64,000 bases of DNA from Escherichia coli (GCF_046105845.1 NZ_CP151004.1), one strand, 5' to 3'; shown: positions 1 through 19,211, counted from the stretch's first letter. Numbers and translations: made by a program. The notes: generated from the letters alone by a model not told the origin.

Positions 1-311
1 CACAAGCGTAGCTATTCTCCTGAAGATAAACTTTGCGTGGTTCTTTATGCTCTCGGGCATTCTGAGTCTCTACCCCGGGTAGCTGCCCGGTTTAACATTC
101 CCAGCCACAACACGGTTAAAAACTGGATAAAAGGCTACCGCAAATCTGGTAATGAGGCCTTTATCAGGCGCAGGAAGGAGAAAAGCATGACCCGTTCTGA
201 TGATACCCATGAAAACGAGGCAAACATGACGCCGGAAGAGATGAAGAATGAGCTGCGTTATCTTCGCGCAGAAAATGCATATCTGAAAGCCATGCAGGAG
301 CATCTCCTGGA

Positions 312-1221
<910 letters not shown>

Positions 1222-1372
1222 CAGAAGGGCATCCGGCATTACCACAGCAAATCCCCCTGATTTAGCGATAAAAGCTCTCTGGATTGCGCCCCCTGGAAGT
1301 CGGGCGCATAATTAGTGTGCTTATCTTTTCTTCTTATGTTCACCGCGCCTGGCGCACCAACAGCGGATTGCT

Positions 1373-2599
1373 ATGTCACCCTGTGAAAATGACACCCCTA
1401 TAAACTGGAAACGAAACCTGATCGTCGCCTGGCTAGGCTGTTTTCTTACGGGTGCCGCCTTCAGCCTGGTAATGCCCTTCTTACCCCTCTACGTTGAGCA
1501 GCTTGGCGTTACGGGCCACTCCGCCTTGAATATGTGGTCCGGTATTGTCTTCAGCATTACATTTTTATTTTCTGCCATCGCCTCACCGTTTTGGGGTGGA
1601 CTCGCCGACCGTAAAGGCCGAAAACTCATGCTATTACGCTCTGCCCTCGGCATGGGCATCGTGATGGTGTTGATGGGGCTGGCACAAAATATCTGGCAGT
1701 TTTTGATCCTGCGGGCGCTTCTTGGTTTACTTGGCGGATTTGTCCCCAACGCCAATGCTCTTATCGCCACACAAGTACCGCGTAATAAAAGCGGCTGGGC
1801 GCTGGGTACGCTCTCCACAGGCGGCGTTAGCGGTGCGTTGCTCGGCCCAATGGCTGGCGGTTGGCTTGCCGATAGCTACGGCTTACGTCCGGTATTCTTT
1901 ATTACCGCCAGTGTGCTGATACTCTGCTTTTTCGTCACCCTGTTTTGCATCAGAGAAAAATTCCAGCCGGTCAGCAAAAAAGAGATGCTGCACATGCGGG
2001 AAGTGGTGACATCACTTAAAAACCCGAAACTGGTACTCAGCCTGTTTGTCACTACGTTAATCATCCAGGTGGCGACGGGCTCAATTGCCCCCATTCTGAC
2101 GCTGTATGTCCGCGAACTGGCGGGTAACGTCAGTAACGTCGCCTTTATCAGTGGCATGATCGCCTCGGTGCCAGGCGTGGCGGCTCTGCTGAGTGCACCA
2201 CGACTCGGCAAACTTGGCGATCGAATCGGCCCCGAAAAGATCCTGATTACGGCGCTGATCTTTTCTGTACTGCTGTTGATCCCAATGTCATACGTTCAGA
2301 CGCCATTACAACTTGGGATTTTACGTTTTTTGCTCGGTGCCGCCGATGGTGCACTACTCCCCGCCGTACAGACACTGTTGGTTTACAACTCGAGCAACCA
2401 AATCGCCGGGCGTATCTTCAGCTATAACCAGTCGTTTCGTGATATTGGAAACGTTACCGGACCATTGATGGGAGCCGCGATTTCAGCGAACTACGGTTTC
2501 AGAGCGGTATTTCTCGTCACCGCTGGCGTAGTGTTATTCAACGCTGTCTATTCATGGAACAGTCTACGTCGTCGTCGAATACCCCAGGTATCGAACTGA
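1373..2599 (+). CDS. mdtG: MFS multidrug efflux transporter MdtG
   Basis: 408-aa multi-TM ORF matching remembered MdtG length and sequence; synteny with msyB. Confidence 0.9.
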   Translation: MSPCENDTPINWKRNLIVAWLGCFLTGAAFSLVMPFLPLYVEQLGVTGHSALNMWSGIVFSITFLFSAIASPFWGGLADRKGRKLMLLRSALGMGIVMVLMGLAQNIWQFLILRALLGLLGGFVPNANALIATQVPRNKSGWALGTLSTGGVSGALLGPMAGGWLADSYGLRPVFFITASVLILCFFVTLFCIREKFQPVSKKEMLHMREVVTSLKNPKLVLSLFVTTLIIQVATGSIAPILTLYVRELAGNVSNVAFISGMIASVPGVAALLSAPRLGKLGDRIGPEKILITALIFSVLLLIPMSYVQTPLQLGILRFLLGAADGALLPAVQTLLVYNSSNQIAGRIFSYNQSFRDIGNVTGPLMGAAISANYGFRAVFLVTAGVVLFNAVYSWNSLRRRRIPQVSN

Positions 2600-2681
2600 T
2601 TTTTCGCCTTTCATACTTGCAAAAGCGGAGAATCAGCTATCCTTTTCCCTGAAACCTCATCAACTCAAAGGGAGAATCGTG

Positions 2682-3056
2682 ATGACCATGTACGCAACGC
2701 TTGAAGAAGCCATTGACGCTGCACGCGAAGAATTTCTTGCAGACAACCCCGGCATCGACGCCGAAGACGCGAATGTGCAACAGTTCAATGCCCAAAAATA
2801 CGTTTTGCAGGACGGCGACATCATGTGGCAAGTTGAGTTTTTTGCCGACGAAGGGGAAGAAGGTGAATGTTTACCTATGCTTAGCGGTGAAGCCGCGCAA
2901 AGTGTCTTTGATGGCGACTATGATGAGATAGAGATCCGCCAGGAGTGGCAGGAAGAGAATACATTACATGAATGGGACGAGGGGGAATTTCAGCTTGAGC
3001 CACCGCTGGATACCGAGGAAGGACGCGCAGCAGCTGATGAGTGGGATGAACGTTAA
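2682..3056 (+). CDS. msyB: acidic protein MsyB
   Basis: 124-aa highly acidic ORF (D/E-rich C-terminus); synteny. Confidence 0.85.
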   Translation: MTMYATLEEAIDAAREEFLADNPGIDAEDANVQQFNAQKYVLQDGDIMWQVEFFADEGEEGECLPMLSGEAAQSVFDGDYDEIEIRQEWQEENTLHEWDEGEFQLEPPLDTEEGRAAADEWDER

Positions 3057-3284
3057 TTACTCATACGGGCCATGATGAATGTCGATCGGCAGCAGTAAAG
3101 TATCAAAAACCAGGGAGAATGGCAGATCAAGGATTGTGACATAACGCCAGGCGGAGTCACGCACATCCCATTGCACACCGGGATAATATTGGTTGCCATG
3201 CCCCTGCCCCGGTATAGTGCGACTAATAATGCTGCCACAGCCACTCAGCAAGGTCACCATGATGCTCACCACAATTAAACGCAT
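3057..3284 (-). CDS. yceK: lipoprotein YceK
   Basis: 75 aa with lipobox (LLSGC); synteny. Confidence 0.8.
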   Translation of the reverse strand: MRLIVVSIMVTLLSGCGSIISRTIPGQGHGNQYYPGVQWDVRDSAWRYVTILDLPFSLVFDTLLLPIDIHHGPYE

Positions 3285-3300
3285 TTGATACCCCTTCCGT

Positions 3301-3332
3301 AAAAAAATACCGGCATAACGCCGGTATTTTTA
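3301..3332. terminator. symmetric hairpin flanked by A-run and T-run (bidirectional intrinsic terminator, likely ends the opgGH transcript)
   Basis: aaaaaaataccggcataacgccggtattttt seen in sequence. Confidence 0.55.
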
Positions 3333-3348
3333 TTGGCTCGTTGTTTTT

Positions 3349-3446
3349 GCCGAATGCGGCGTGAACGCCTTATCCGACCTACAAAATCTTGCAAAATCAA
3401 AACATTGCAGGAGCGATGTAGGCCTGATAAGCGTAGCGCATCAGGC
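3349..3446. repeat. REP/BIME palindromic units downstream of opgH
   Basis: gccgaatgcggcgtgaacgccttatccgacctac and gtaggcctgataagcgtagcgcatcaggc match the E. coli REP consensus. Confidence 0.65.
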
Positions 3447-3456
3447 AACTACGTTT

Positions 3457-7639
<4,183 letters not shown>

Positions 7640-7921
7640 TCAGCACGCTGGCTCATGGATTAAGCACCTGATTGCAACCGTTTTCACTTTCCGTGCTTCT
7701 CCTAAAGACAGAAGCATCGACTTCGTGTAGGGTTTGCCAGCAAATTTATTTATCAACCGTCTTACAGACGCTTCCATTCTGGTTAGTGGTAGCGATGATG
7801 CTATGCATAAAAACCTTGAAGCCTGCGCCTGGCGCGGTCAGGTCGGTGTCGCTATGGCAACAAGCCTAAAGGCATAACCCGACAGGGATAAGACGAAAAA
7901 TCCGAGATTAGTTAACCATAT

Positions 7922-9079
7922 ATGAACCCAGTACCCGCGCAACGTGAATATTTCCTCGACTCCATCCGCGCCTGGCTGATGTTGTTAGGGATCCCTTTTC
8001 ATATTTCTTTAATCTATTCGAGCCATACATGGCATGTGAATAGCGCCGAACCGTCATTATGGCTGACCCTTTTTAATGACTTCATCCACTCGTTCCGCAT
8101 GCAGGTATTTTTCGTTATATCCGGGTACTTTTCCTACATGCTTTTTTTACGCTATCCCTTGAAAAAATGGTGGAAAGTACGTGTCGAACGTGTAGGGATC
8201 CCGATGTTAACAGCCATCCCCCTACTGACATTGCCGCAATTTATTATGCTGCAATACGTCAAAGGGAAAGCTGAAAGTTGGCCTGGACTGTCATTGTATG
8301 ACAAATATAATACGTTGGCCTGGGAATTAATATCGCACCTGTGGTTTTTATTGGTGTTAGTGGTCATGACGACGCTGTGCGTCTGGATATTCAAGCGCAT
8401 CAGAAATAATTTAGAAAATTCTGATAAAACGAATAAAAAATTCTCGATGGTAAAACTATCGGTGATTTTTTTGTGCCTCGGCATCGGCTATGCGGTAATA
8501 AGAAGAACGATTTTTATTGTGTATCCGCCCATTCTGAGTAACGGCATGTTCAATTTTATTGTCATGCAAACGCTATTTTATTTGCCGTTCTTTATCCTCG
8601 GCGCACTGGCTTTCATTTTCCCTCATCTTAAAACCTTGTTTACCACGCCGTCTCGTGGCTGTACCCTTGCAGCAGCATTGGCATTTGTCGCTTACTTACT
8701 CAACCAGCGCTATGGCAGTGGCGATGCCTGGATGTACGAAACCGAGTCGGTGATCACCATGGTCCTCGGTCTGTGGATGGTGAATGTGGTCTTCTCCTTT
8801 GGCCACCGTTTGCTTAACTTCCAGTCAGCGCGGGTGACTTATTTTGTTAACGCATCGCTGTTTATCTATCTGGTTCACCACCCGTTAACGCTGTTTTTCG
8901 GCGCATACATTACACCGCACATCACCTCCAACTGGCTTGGTTTTCTCTGTGGCCTGATATTCGTAGTAGGGATTGCGATAATTCTGTATGAAATTCATTT
9001 ACGCATCCCGTTACTGAAGTTTTTGTTCTCTGGTAAACCGGTTGTTAAGCGTGAGAACGATAAAGCACCAGCCCGATAA
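7922..9079 (+). CDS. opgC: OPG succinyltransferase OpgC (MdoC), acyltransferase-3 family membrane protein
   Basis: 385-aa multi-TM ORF divergent from opgGH. Confidence 0.85.
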   Translation: MNPVPAQREYFLDSIRAWLMLLGIPFHISLIYSSHTWHVNSAEPSLWLTLFNDFIHSFRMQVFFVISGYFSYMLFLRYPLKKWWKVRVERVGIPMLTAIPLLTLPQFIMLQYVKGKAESWPGLSLYDKYNTLAWELISHLWFLLVLVVMTTLCVWIFKRIRNNLENSDKTNKKFSMVKLSVIFLCLGIGYAVIRRTIFIVYPPILSNGMFNFIVMQTLFYLPFFILGALAFIFPHLKTLFTTPSRGCTLAAALAFVAYLLNQRYGSGDAWMYETESVITMVLGLWMVNVVFSFGHRLLNFQSARVTYFVNASLFIYLVHHPLTLFFGAYITPHITSNWLGFLCGLIFVVGIAIILYEIHLRIPLLKFLFSGKPVVKRENDKAPAR

Positions 9080-9086
9080 GCCGCGT

Positions 9087-10517
9087 TTACAATAACCATT
9101 CCACAGGCAATATCGACGCCAGTCTGACCATAACCCGCTTCCAGAAACTGGTGGCGGGTTCTTTTTTGAGAATAATCTCTTTCTTTGCATGACGATCAAC
9201 CCAGTTGATCCGTCCCCACCTGTCCAGACGGAGCTGCCAGGCCGCATCATACTGGCTCTGAATAAAGCGTTTATCAATTAACTGTGCCAGCGTTTCGCTC
9301 TCTATCACGAAGCCCATTTCAGTATTGAGCAATGTCGAACGCGGATCGAAATTGAAAGAGCCGATAAACACCGTTTTACCATCGATGCTAAAGGTTTTAG
9401 CATGCAGGCTGGCACCGGAATTACCGGTTATGCCGCGATCGTGTAACGTACTACTTTGTTCACGCGTCGGCTTGAGTTCATATAATTCCACGCCGTAGCG
9501 GAGCAATTTTTTGCGCCAGCGCGCGTATCCGGCATGGACGACAGCAACATCGTTAGCGGCAAGAGAATTGGTTAGGATCGCAATCTTTACTCCTTTTCTC
9601 ACCATCCGTAAGAGTTGCGCCACACCTGCGCGTGTCGGTACAAAATAGGAAGAGATAATATCGATGCGTTCACTGGGTGAGCCCATGATATCGAACAGGC
9701 GCTGCGGTAACAGTGAATGCCGTTTTGCCTTGCCCTCCCCTTTCGCCGGATCATCACTTAATAAACGTGTCTTCGCCCAGATAAGCGGCAACGTTCCATC
9801 AACCAGATGATTTATAAACGGGCTGGATTCCATTTTGCGTAAATAACGATGCGTAATGGCATCGTTATGCCAGGAGGCGGGTAACTCGATGCGATCCGCC
9901 ATTTCACCTTCCGGGACATCCAGCACCTGCTGTAAGGGTGAAACCGATTTGCAATACCAGTAGCGGGCGAAATCATCGGCAACGTCCTCTACAACTGGTC
10001 CTATTGCCATGACATCTAAATCCGAAAAAAGTGGCTCTTCCCCTGCACCAAAATAGGCATCACCAATATTTCGCCCCCCTACCAGCGTCACCACGCCATC
10101 GACAGTGAAACTTTTATTGTGCATACGGCGATTGAGACGGGAAAAGTCGGTGATATAACCAAGCGGACGTAGCAAGCGAAACGAGAAAGGATTAAAAAGC
10201 CGGACTTCAATGCGGGGATGACTGTCAAGCAAGCGTAAAATGTCGTCAAGCCCGGGTGTATTGTTGTCGTCCAGCAACAAACGGACGCGAACGCCACGCT
10301 TTGCTGCGGCTAACAGGGCGGAAAACAGTAACCGACCCGACATATCGTCCTGCCAGATGTAATACTGAACATCCAGCGTATGCTCTGCCATTTCGGCCAG
10401 ACGATACCGGGCGGCAAACGCATCCAGACTTTTCTCCAGAGGAAAAAGGCCACACTGACCGGGATGTTGCGAACACAGTGGCAGCACCGCGCTCGCCAGC
10501 CGGGGCAAATCATTCAT
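9087..10517 (-). CDS. clsC: cardiolipin synthase C (phospholipase D family)
   Basis: Two HxK(x)4D-like PLD motifs (e.g. [18 protein letters not shown]); start placed at the Met overlapping the ymdB stop (476 aa); upstream in-frame Mets exist, so start is uncertain. Confidence 0.8.
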   Translation of the reverse strand: MNDLPRLASAVLPLCSQHPGQCGLFPLEKSLDAFAARYRLAEMAEHTLDVQYYIWQDDMSGRLLFSALLAAAKRGVRVRLLLDDNNTPGLDDILRLLDSHPRIEVRLFNPFSFRLLRPLGYITDFSRLNRRMHNKSFTVDGVVTLVGGRNIGDAYFGAGEEPLFSDLDVMAIGPVVEDVADDFARYWYCKSVSPLQQVLDVPEGEMADRIELPASWHNDAITHRYLRKMESSPFINHLVDGTLPLIWAKTRLLSDDPAKGEGKAKRHSLLPQRLFDIMGSPSERIDIISSYFVPTRAGVAQLLRMVRKGVKIAILTNSLAANDVAVVHAGYARWRKKLLRYGVELYELKPTREQSSTLHDRGITGNSGASLHAKTFSIDGKTVFIGSFNFDPRSTLLNTEMGFVIESETLAQLIDKRFIQSQYDAAWQLRLDRWGRINWVDRHAKKEIILKKEPATSFWKRVMVRLASILPVEWLL

Positions 10518-11043
10518 CTCCTTGTTGAGTAAGGAGTCTTTCGTAGAGGTGGGCGTTTTCTTCATCATAACAGACAAAGTATACCTGTTCGGGTAAAGCG
10601 TGACGGGTAATAAATTCTGAAACGGTTTTTACTGCGATTTCAGCCGCTACCGCACGAGGGTAACCATAAACCCCAGTACTAATTGCAGGAAAAGCCACTG
10701 ACGTATAGCTGTTTGCCGCCACCAGTCGTAGGCTATTGAGATAGGCATCCTGCAAAAGCTGGTCTTCGTTTTGTTCACCACCACGCCAGACTGGCCCGAC
10801 GGTGTGCACTACGGCTTTAGCGGGAAGATCGCCTGCAAGCGTAATAACGGCATGCCCCGTAGGGCAATCGCCCTGCTGTTGCCTGACTTTTAAACAGGCA
10901 TCCAGCAGCGCCGGACCCGCTGCGCGATGAATGGCCCCATCGACGCCGCCGCCTCCCATTAATGACGGATTAGCCGCATTCACAATCACATCAACGGCCA
11001 GTTTGGTAATATCACCCTGCACAACATGAATACGCGTTTTCAT
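10510..11043 (-). CDS. ymdB: macrodomain protein YmdB (O-acetyl-ADP-ribose deacetylase)
   Basis: 177 aa, macro-domain motifs ([19 protein letters not shown]). Confidence 0.85.
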   Translation of the reverse strand: MKTRIHVVQGDITKLAVDVIVNAANPSLMGGGGVDGAIHRAAGPALLDACLKVRQQQGDCPTGHAVITLAGDLPAKAVVHTVGPVWRGGEQNEDQLLQDAYLNSLRLVAANSYTSVAFPAISTGVYGYPRAVAAEIAVKTVSEFITRHALPEQVYFVCYDEENAHLYERLLTQQGDE

Positions 11044-11137
11044 AACGCCTCCTTACACCTTCTTGTTTCTTAAGTGTACAGCAGGCTTTTTGGTTAAATC
11101 GCATTTTTCTGCTCAGCAAGGTGAGTTGTTCAGAAAC

Positions 11138-11517
<380 letters not shown>

Positions 11518-11547
11518 CCGCAGCAGACCATTCTCTCCAGATTCATT

Positions 11548-11902
<355 letters not shown>

Positions 11903-11912
11903 ATTCTTCTCC

Positions 11913-11938
11913 CGAAAAAAAACAGGGCTTGCGCCCTG
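11913..11938 (-). terminator. intrinsic terminator downstream of csgA
   Basis: On minus strand: hairpin cagggcgcaagccctg followed by T8. Confidence 0.7.
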
Positions 11939-11960
11939 TTTCTTTAATACAGAGGATGTA

Positions 11961-12416
11961 TTAGTACTGATGAGCGGTCGCGTTGTTACCAAAGCCAACC
12001 TGAGTGACGTTAACGCTGGAGTTAGATGCAGTCTGGTCAACAGCAGCACCGTTACCGCCACCGAACTGTTTAACAGTCATAGTAGAATCTTTACCATTCC
12101 ACTGATCAAGAGTAGCGCTGTTACCGAAGCCACGCTGAGTCAGATCGATTGAGCTGTCATCAGAACCTTGGCCAACATCTGCGCCGTTACCGCCGCCGTG
12201 CTGGGTAATGGTCAGATCAGAGTTACGGGCGTCAGCTTGCAGAGCAAGAGCAGAGTTACCGCCACCGTACTGGTAAATGTTCAGCTCTGAATTTGGGCCG
12301 CTATTATTACCGCCACCACCGTGGTTACCGCCGCCGCCGTACTGAGGAACAACACCTGCCAGAGCGCTACCAGAGAATACGATTGCTGCAATTGCTGCTA
12401 CTTTTAAAAGTTTCAT
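11961..12416 (-). CDS. csgA: major curlin subunit CsgA
   Basis: 151 aa, signal peptide, Gln/Asn/Gly-rich imperfect repeats. Confidence 0.95.
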   Translation of the reverse strand: MKLLKVAAIAAIVFSGSALAGVVPQYGGGGNHGGGGNNSGPNSELNIYQYGGGNSALALQADARNSDLTITQHGGGNGADVGQGSDDSSIDLTQRGFGNSATLDQWNGKDSTMTVKQFGGGNGAAVDQTASNSSVNVTQVGFGNNATAHQY

Positions 12417-12456
12417 GTAAAACCCCCATCGGATTGATTTAAAAGTCGAATAGTAA

Positions 12457-12912
12457 TTAACGTTGTGTCACGCGAATTGCCATTTGCGACTGTCTCTGCA
12501 CTACAATTGCCGTTTTTTGAGTACCATACTGTGTAATATTTGCTTTATTACCAGAACCTTTCTGGATAATCATCGCAGTATTACCATAAGCACCTTGCGA
12601 AATACTGGCATCGTTGGCACTGCCCGCCTGATCAATATATGCAAGGTTATAATCTCCTGTCTGGTCAATCTTTGCCCGATTGCTACTACCTTCTTGCGCA
12701 ACAACCGCCAAAAGTTTTGAGCCTCCCTGCCGTACCTGAGCACTATTATTAGTCCCAGCTTGACCAATTATGGCTGCCTGATTAAATGAAGACTTACTCA
12801 ATTCATTTACCGCGAAGTTATATTCTGAATTAGCTAAATCATAACCTGCTGCGGCTGCAATCCCAGGCGCACCCAGTATTGTTAACATCATAAATAACAA
12901 TTTGTTTTTCAT
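12457..12912 (-). CDS. csgB: minor curlin / nucleator CsgB
   Basis: 151 aa from MKNKLLFMMLTILG; track ORF has a 9-codon upstream extension. Confidence 0.9.
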   Translation of the reverse strand: MKNKLLFMMLTILGAPGIAAAAGYDLANSEYNFAVNELSKSSFNQAAIIGQAGTNNSAQVRQGGSKLLAVVAQEGSSNRAKIDQTGDYNLAYIDQAGSANDASISQGAYGNTAMIIQKGSGNKANITQYGTQKTAIVVQRQSQMAIRVTQR

Positions 12913-13666
12913 GTTGTCACCCTGGACCTGGTCGTACATTTAAGAAATTAAATCATTTCAACTTGGTTGTTAACGCAACCTGTATTTTGTTAACGCTGCG
13001 TTACGATGGAAAGTATGTCTGCGGAAATATTTTTAATAACTCACCCGCGCGTTGTATTTTTCTTTTTTTGTTCATACCAAAGTATTAAAACCCACGTAAA
13101 TACGCTGTTATCTACGCAAAAAAATATTTTGTTTTCTTTTAAATCTCCGTTTTCCGCAATCAAAAATCACCAGACAGCCATTCTTCTTGCCCGTCGCTGA
13201 TTGCTGCGATATGTCTTGCGCACAAGCCGTGACAAACCTCGTCTTTTTGCAGTAAAAAATTGTCCACGGAGGTGTGAAGAAAAAACAAGAACGTTTTACA
13301 TGACGAAAGGACTACACCGAAATATTTTTTATATGCATTATTAGTAAGTTAGCACCATTTGTATGATTTTTTAAAATTGTGCAATAAAAACCAAATGTAC
13401 AACTTTTCTATCATTTCTAAACTTAATAAAACCTTAAGATTAACATTTTAATATAACGAGTTACATTTAGTTACATGTTTAACACTTGATTTAAGATTTG
13501 TAATGGCTAGATTGAAATCAGATGTAATCCATTAGTTTTATATTTTACCCATTTAGGGCTGATTTATTACTACACACAGCAGTGCAACATCTGTCAGTAC
13601 TTCTGGTGCTTCTATTTTAGAGGCAGCTGTCAGGTGTGCGATCAATAAAAAAAGCGGGGTTTCATC
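12913..13666. promoter_or_regulatory. divergent csgBAC / csgDEFG control region (long AT-rich intergenic with csgD 5' UTR)
   Basis: ~750 bp AT-rich non-coding DNA between divergent csgB and csgD; known hub for OmpR, CpxR, IHF, RpoS, MlrA and sRNAs (established knowledge, individual sites not all mapped here). Confidence 0.8.
13460..13483 (+). promoter_or_regulatory. OmpR binding site of the csgD promoter
   Basis: gttacatttagttacatgtttaac direct repeat, about 185-205 bp upstream of csgD ATG, matching the published OmpR box as I recall it. Confidence 0.6.
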
Positions 13667-14317
<651 letters not shown>

Positions 14318-14321
14318 AGCC

Positions 14322-14711
14322 ATGAAACGTTATTTACACTGGATTGTGGCGGCAGAATTTCTGTTCGCCGCAGGGAATCTTCACGCCGTTGAGGTAGAAG
14401 TCCCGGGATTGTTAACTGACCATACTGTTTCATCTATTGGCCATGATTTTTACCGAGCCTTTAGTGATAAATGGGAAAGTGACTATACGGGTAACTTAAC
14501 GATTAATGAAAGGCCCAGTGCACGATGGGGAAGTTGGATCACAATAACGGTCAATCAGGACGTTATTTTCCAGACTTTTTTATTCCCGTTGAAAAGAGAC
14601 TTCGAAAAAACTGTCGTCTTTGCACTGATTCAAACTGAAGAAGCACTAAATCGTCGCCAGATAAATCAGGCGTTATTAAGTACGGGCGATTTGGCGCATG
14701 ATGAATTCTAA
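14322..14711 (+). CDS. csgE: curli secretion specificity factor CsgE
   Basis: 129 aa with signal peptide; operon position. Confidence 0.9.
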   Translation: MKRYLHWIVAAEFLFAAGNLHAVEVEVPGLLTDHTVSSIGHDFYRAFSDKWESDYTGNLTINERPSARWGSWITITVNQDVIFQTFLFPLKRDFEKTVVFALIQTEEALNRRQINQALLSTGDLAHDEF

Positions 14712-14735
14712 ATAAAAAATTGTTCGGAGGCTGCA

Positions 14736-15152
14736 ATGCGTGTCAAACATGCAGTAGTTCTACTCATGCTTATTTCGCCATTAAGTTGGGCTGGAACAAT
14801 GACTTTTCAGTTCCGTAATCCAAACTTTGGTGGTAACCCAAATAATGGCGCTTTTTTATTAAATAGCGCCCAGGCACAAAACTCGTATAAAGATCCGAGC
14901 TATAACGATGACTATGGTATTGAAACGCCCTCAGCGTTAGATAACTTTACTCAGGCCATCCAGTCACAAATTTTAGGTGGGCTACTGTCGAATATTAATA
15001 CCGGTAAACCGGGCCGCATGGTGACCAACGATTATATTGTTGATATTGCTAACCGCGATGGTCAATTGCAGTTGAACGTGACAGATCGTAAAACCGGACA
15101 AACCTCGACCATCCAGGTTTCGGGTTTACAAAATAACTCAACCGATTTTTAA
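14736..15152 (+). CDS. csgF: curli assembly protein CsgF
   Basis: 138 aa with signal peptide; operon position. Confidence 0.9.
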   Translation: MRVKHAVVLLMLISPLSWAGTMTFQFRNPNFGGNPNNGAFLLNSAQAQNSYKDPSYNDDYGIETPSALDNFTQAIQSQILGGLLSNINTGKPGRMVTNDYIVDIANRDGQLQLNVTDRKTGQTSTIQVSGLQNNSTDF

Positions 15153-15178
15153 GCCCCAGCTTCATAAGGAAAATAATC

Positions 15179-16012
15179 ATGCAGCGCTTATTTCTTTTGG
15201 TTGCCGTCATGTTACTGAGCGGATGCTTAACCGCCCCGCCTAAAGAAGCCGCCAGACCGACATTAATGCCTCGTGCTCAGAGCTACAAAGATTTGACCCA
15301 TCTGCCAGCGCCGACGGGTAAGATCTTTGTTTCGGTATACAACATTCAGGACGAAACCGGGCAATTTAAACCTTACCCGGCAAGTAACTTCTCCACTGCT
15401 GTTCCGCAAAGCGCCACGGCAATGCTGGTCACGGCATTGAAAGATTCTCGCTGGTTTATACCGCTGGAGCGCCAGGGCTTACAAAACCTGCTTAACGAGC
15501 GCAAGATTATTCGTGCAGCACAAGAAAACGGCACGGTTGCCATTAATAACCGAATCCCGCTGCAATCTTTAACGGCGGCAAATATCATGGTTGAAGGTTC
15601 GATTATCGGTTATGAAAGCAACGTTAAATCGGGCGGTGTTGGGGCAAGATATTTTGGGATCGGTGCCGACACGCAATACCAGCTCGATCAGATTGCCGTG
15701 AACCTGCGCGTCGTCAATGTGAGTACCGGTGAGATCCTCTCCTCGGTGAACACCAGTAAGACGATACTTTCCTATGAAGTTCAGGCCGGGGTTTTCCGCT
15801 TTATTGACTACCAGCGCTTGCTGGAAGGAGAAGTGGGTTACACCTCGAACGAACCCGTTATGCTGTGCCTGATGTCGGCTATCGAAACAGGGGTCATTTT
15901 CCTGATTAATGATGGTATCGACCGTGGTCTGTGGGATTTGCAAAATAAAGCAGAACGGCAGAATGACATTCTGGTGAAATACCGCCATATGTCGGTTCCA
16001 CCGGAATCCTGA
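15179..16012 (+). CDS. csgG: curli secretion channel lipoprotein CsgG
   Basis: 277 aa, lipobox LLSGC. Confidence 0.95.
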   Translation: MQRLFLLVAVMLLSGCLTAPPKEAARPTLMPRAQSYKDLTHLPAPTGKIFVSVYNIQDETGQFKPYPASNFSTAVPQSATAMLVTALKDSRWFIPLERQGLQNLLNERKIIRAAQENGTVAINNRIPLQSLTAANIMVEGSIIGYESNVKSGGVGARYFGIGADTQYQLDQIAVNLRVVNVSTGEILSSVNTSKTILSYEVQAGVFRFIDYQRLLEGEVGYTSNEPVMLCLMSAIETGVIFLINDGIDRGLWDLQNKAERQNDILVKYRHMSVPPES

Positions 16013-16020
16013 TAGATAAA

Positions 16021-16091
16021 AATGCCGGAATTAATAATCCGGCATTTTACTGTTTAAGCGAAAGCGTGAGTGCCCCTCACGCTTTATTTTT
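16021..16091. terminator. convergent terminator region between csgG and ycdZ (two hairpins, second followed by T-run)
   Basis: aatgccggaattaataatccggcatt palindrome, then gcgtgagtgcccctcacgc + tttattttt. Confidence 0.5.
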
Positions 16092-16568
16092 GATTTGCTG
16101 CTCACGGTGAGCGGTCTTCGTACTACGCGCCGCCAGCCACAGGCCGCTGTTTTTCATTGCGTAACCAAATATCAACCCGAGCCCCAGCGAAGGTAACACC
16201 AGTTTCCAGTCACCCTGCCCGGCAAACGTCGCGCATGCGCCTATAAACGTTCCCGGAACAAATGAAAGCAGCAGCTGTTTGGCCTGAATACACATCAGAA
16301 ACGCGACAATACCGGTTATGACATAACCGAGAATTTCCAGATGTGGTGCCAGTGCACTACCGTAAATAATGACCATCGCCCACACCACGCCACTAAGCAG
16401 GGTTGCAGCGGAGATCGCCAGCCCTTTCAGCCCACCTTGCGGGCAGGCAAAGTAGGCCGTACAGCCCAGGAAGCCCGCCCAGCTTAGTAAGCCCAGGGAA
16501 ACAGCCACCCATCCCCAGATACCGGAGAGAATGCCTGTTGTGATTGCAATAGAGAGAAGTATGTTCAT
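16077..16568 (-). CDS. ycdZ: inner membrane protein YcdZ (DUF1097)
   Basis: 163 aa from MNILLSIAITTG; track ORF over-extended. Confidence 0.8.
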   Translation of the reverse strand: MNILLSIAITTGILSGIWGWVAVSLGLLSWAGFLGCTAYFACPQGGLKGLAISAATLLSGVVWAMVIIYGSALAPHLEILGYVITGIVAFLMCIQAKQLLLSFVPGTFIGACATFAGQGDWKLVLPSLGLGLIFGYAMKNSGLWLAARSTKTAHREQQIKNKA

Positions 16569-16669
16569 GCCGCGCATGATAGCAGAAAACGCGGCCATGA
16601 ATGAGATCGAGCACACATTTTATGCAACAACAAATTATCTGTTGCAGTTATGAGTGATGCAGATCACAT

Positions 16670-17224
16670 TTACTCTTCAGAATCTTCTTCCAGCTCGTCC
16701 CACATTGCACTAATAGCATCGCGGGTTAGCGGTGCCATGGTGCGCCAGAAAGGCGTAGTTGCATGGGCCTCCACTTTGCCAAGGAACGCACCACACCAGG
16801 GTAACAGATACTCACTGAACAGTGTTTCCAGTGCTTCGCTCTCATCTTCCGTTGACTGATCTTCCAGCCAGGAAGCCGCGAGCAGCAATGTGCCGATGTG
16901 ATCGGCTGGCGTATCCGCTAATGGCATCCCCCTTTCGGAAAGAAAAGCGCGCACTTCCGCTTCCGTCGCGCCCTCAACCCATGCGCTACGATATGGCGGC
17001 ACAGCACATTCATCGCCGATAAACAACGCATTGTAATCGGCAGAGACTTGCGCCATATCACAGCTTTTCTGTAAACGCGTCAGTAACTCATCCTGCTCCA
17101 GTGGCCAGTTCGCAGCCAGTTTCCCCTCACGAATCAGGGTAAACAGCGGCACCAGTAAAGGATCTTGCGGTTGGCGGTAATAGAGCGAACCCAGCACACG
17201 ACAGAGGATAGAAAACTCGTTCAT
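16670..17224 (-). CDS. ycdY: TorD-family redox enzyme maturation chaperone YcdY
   Basis: 184 aa; synteny with ycdX. Confidence 0.85.
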   Translation of the reverse strand: MNEFSILCRVLGSLYYRQPQDPLLVPLFTLIREGKLAANWPLEQDELLTRLQKSCDMAQVSADYNALFIGDECAVPPYRSAWVEGATEAEVRAFLSERGMPLADTPADHIGTLLLAASWLEDQSTEDESEALETLFSEYLLPWCGAFLGKVEAHATTPFWRTMAPLTRDAISAMWDELEEDSEE

Positions 17225-17247
17225 TAATATATTTCCATTACTAGTAA

Positions 17248-17985
17248 TTAAAGGTCTGCAAATTCCGCAATCGGTGCCATACCACGAGATTCAAGGAAGT
17301 TCAGTAAGCGGCGCGGAGAAACATTCAAAATGCGCTCTGGCGGAAAATCTACCGCGTCGAGGATTTTAAGACACTCTTCAAATTCACCCATGGTAAACGC
17401 GGTGTGAGAATCCGAACCTAATGCCACCCAACCTCCAGCGTCACGTACCGCTGCGGCTACCGCACGACAGTTGTCTTCACTGCCCTTACGTGAGTGTAAA
17501 AATGAGGAATTATTGATTTCCAGCGCCACCTGATGTTTCGCAGCTGCTTCAGCAACGGCTTTAACATCTATTTCATATTTCGGATTTCCGGGATGGCTTA
17601 TTATATGCACATTGCCGCTGGCGATAGTGGCGATCATCGCTTGCGTATTGGTCGCTTTGTCATGCGGCGCAAACACCGGCTCATGAAAACCGGCAATAAT
17701 CAGATCCAGCGAATCAAACATTTTGCCACTGCAGTCAATTTCACCGTCAACATTTTTAATGTTAGCTTCGATGCCGCGCAGGATCCCTACTCCATCAACC
17801 ACTCGCGGCCAGATACGCATGTTAATGAAGTGCCAGTGATGCGGCGCATCTTCCATATCCGGGCCATGATCGGTGATCGCAAAAAGTTTAATGCCCTTTT
17901 GTTTGGCCTGGGCAATGTAATCACTCAATGTGCTATATGCATGCGTGCTAGCAACGGTATGCATATGAAGGTCGACGGGATACAT
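17248..17985 (-). CDS. ycdX: PHP-domain zinc phosphatase YcdX
   Basis: 245 aa, N-terminal HxH PHP motif ([10 protein letters not shown]). Confidence 0.85.
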
Positions 17986-18039
17986 AACTCTCTCCTGTAT
18001 TCAATTCCCGCCAAGGATAGCAGGAAACCTGATGCTTTA

Positions 18040-19017
<978 letters not shown>

Positions 19018-19211
19018 TTATCGTTATGATCAACAAAAGCTACCAGCATAACAAATCCGTGGTCGGTGGCAAAAAAAGCAGATTTCGCTTATTAAAACCA
19101 CACATTGATTGAAGTTTGAATAAACGCGCGATTTTTTAAAAAAGTTTGTTGACCTCAGGTCATGATTTCCCTAAATTAGCGCCCGTTCCAGCAAGACAGG
19201 AACGACAATTT

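Noticed and set aside
12463-12767. ORFs antisense to csgB (85 aa and 65 aa)
   Set aside because: Shadow frames inside a confidently identified curli gene.
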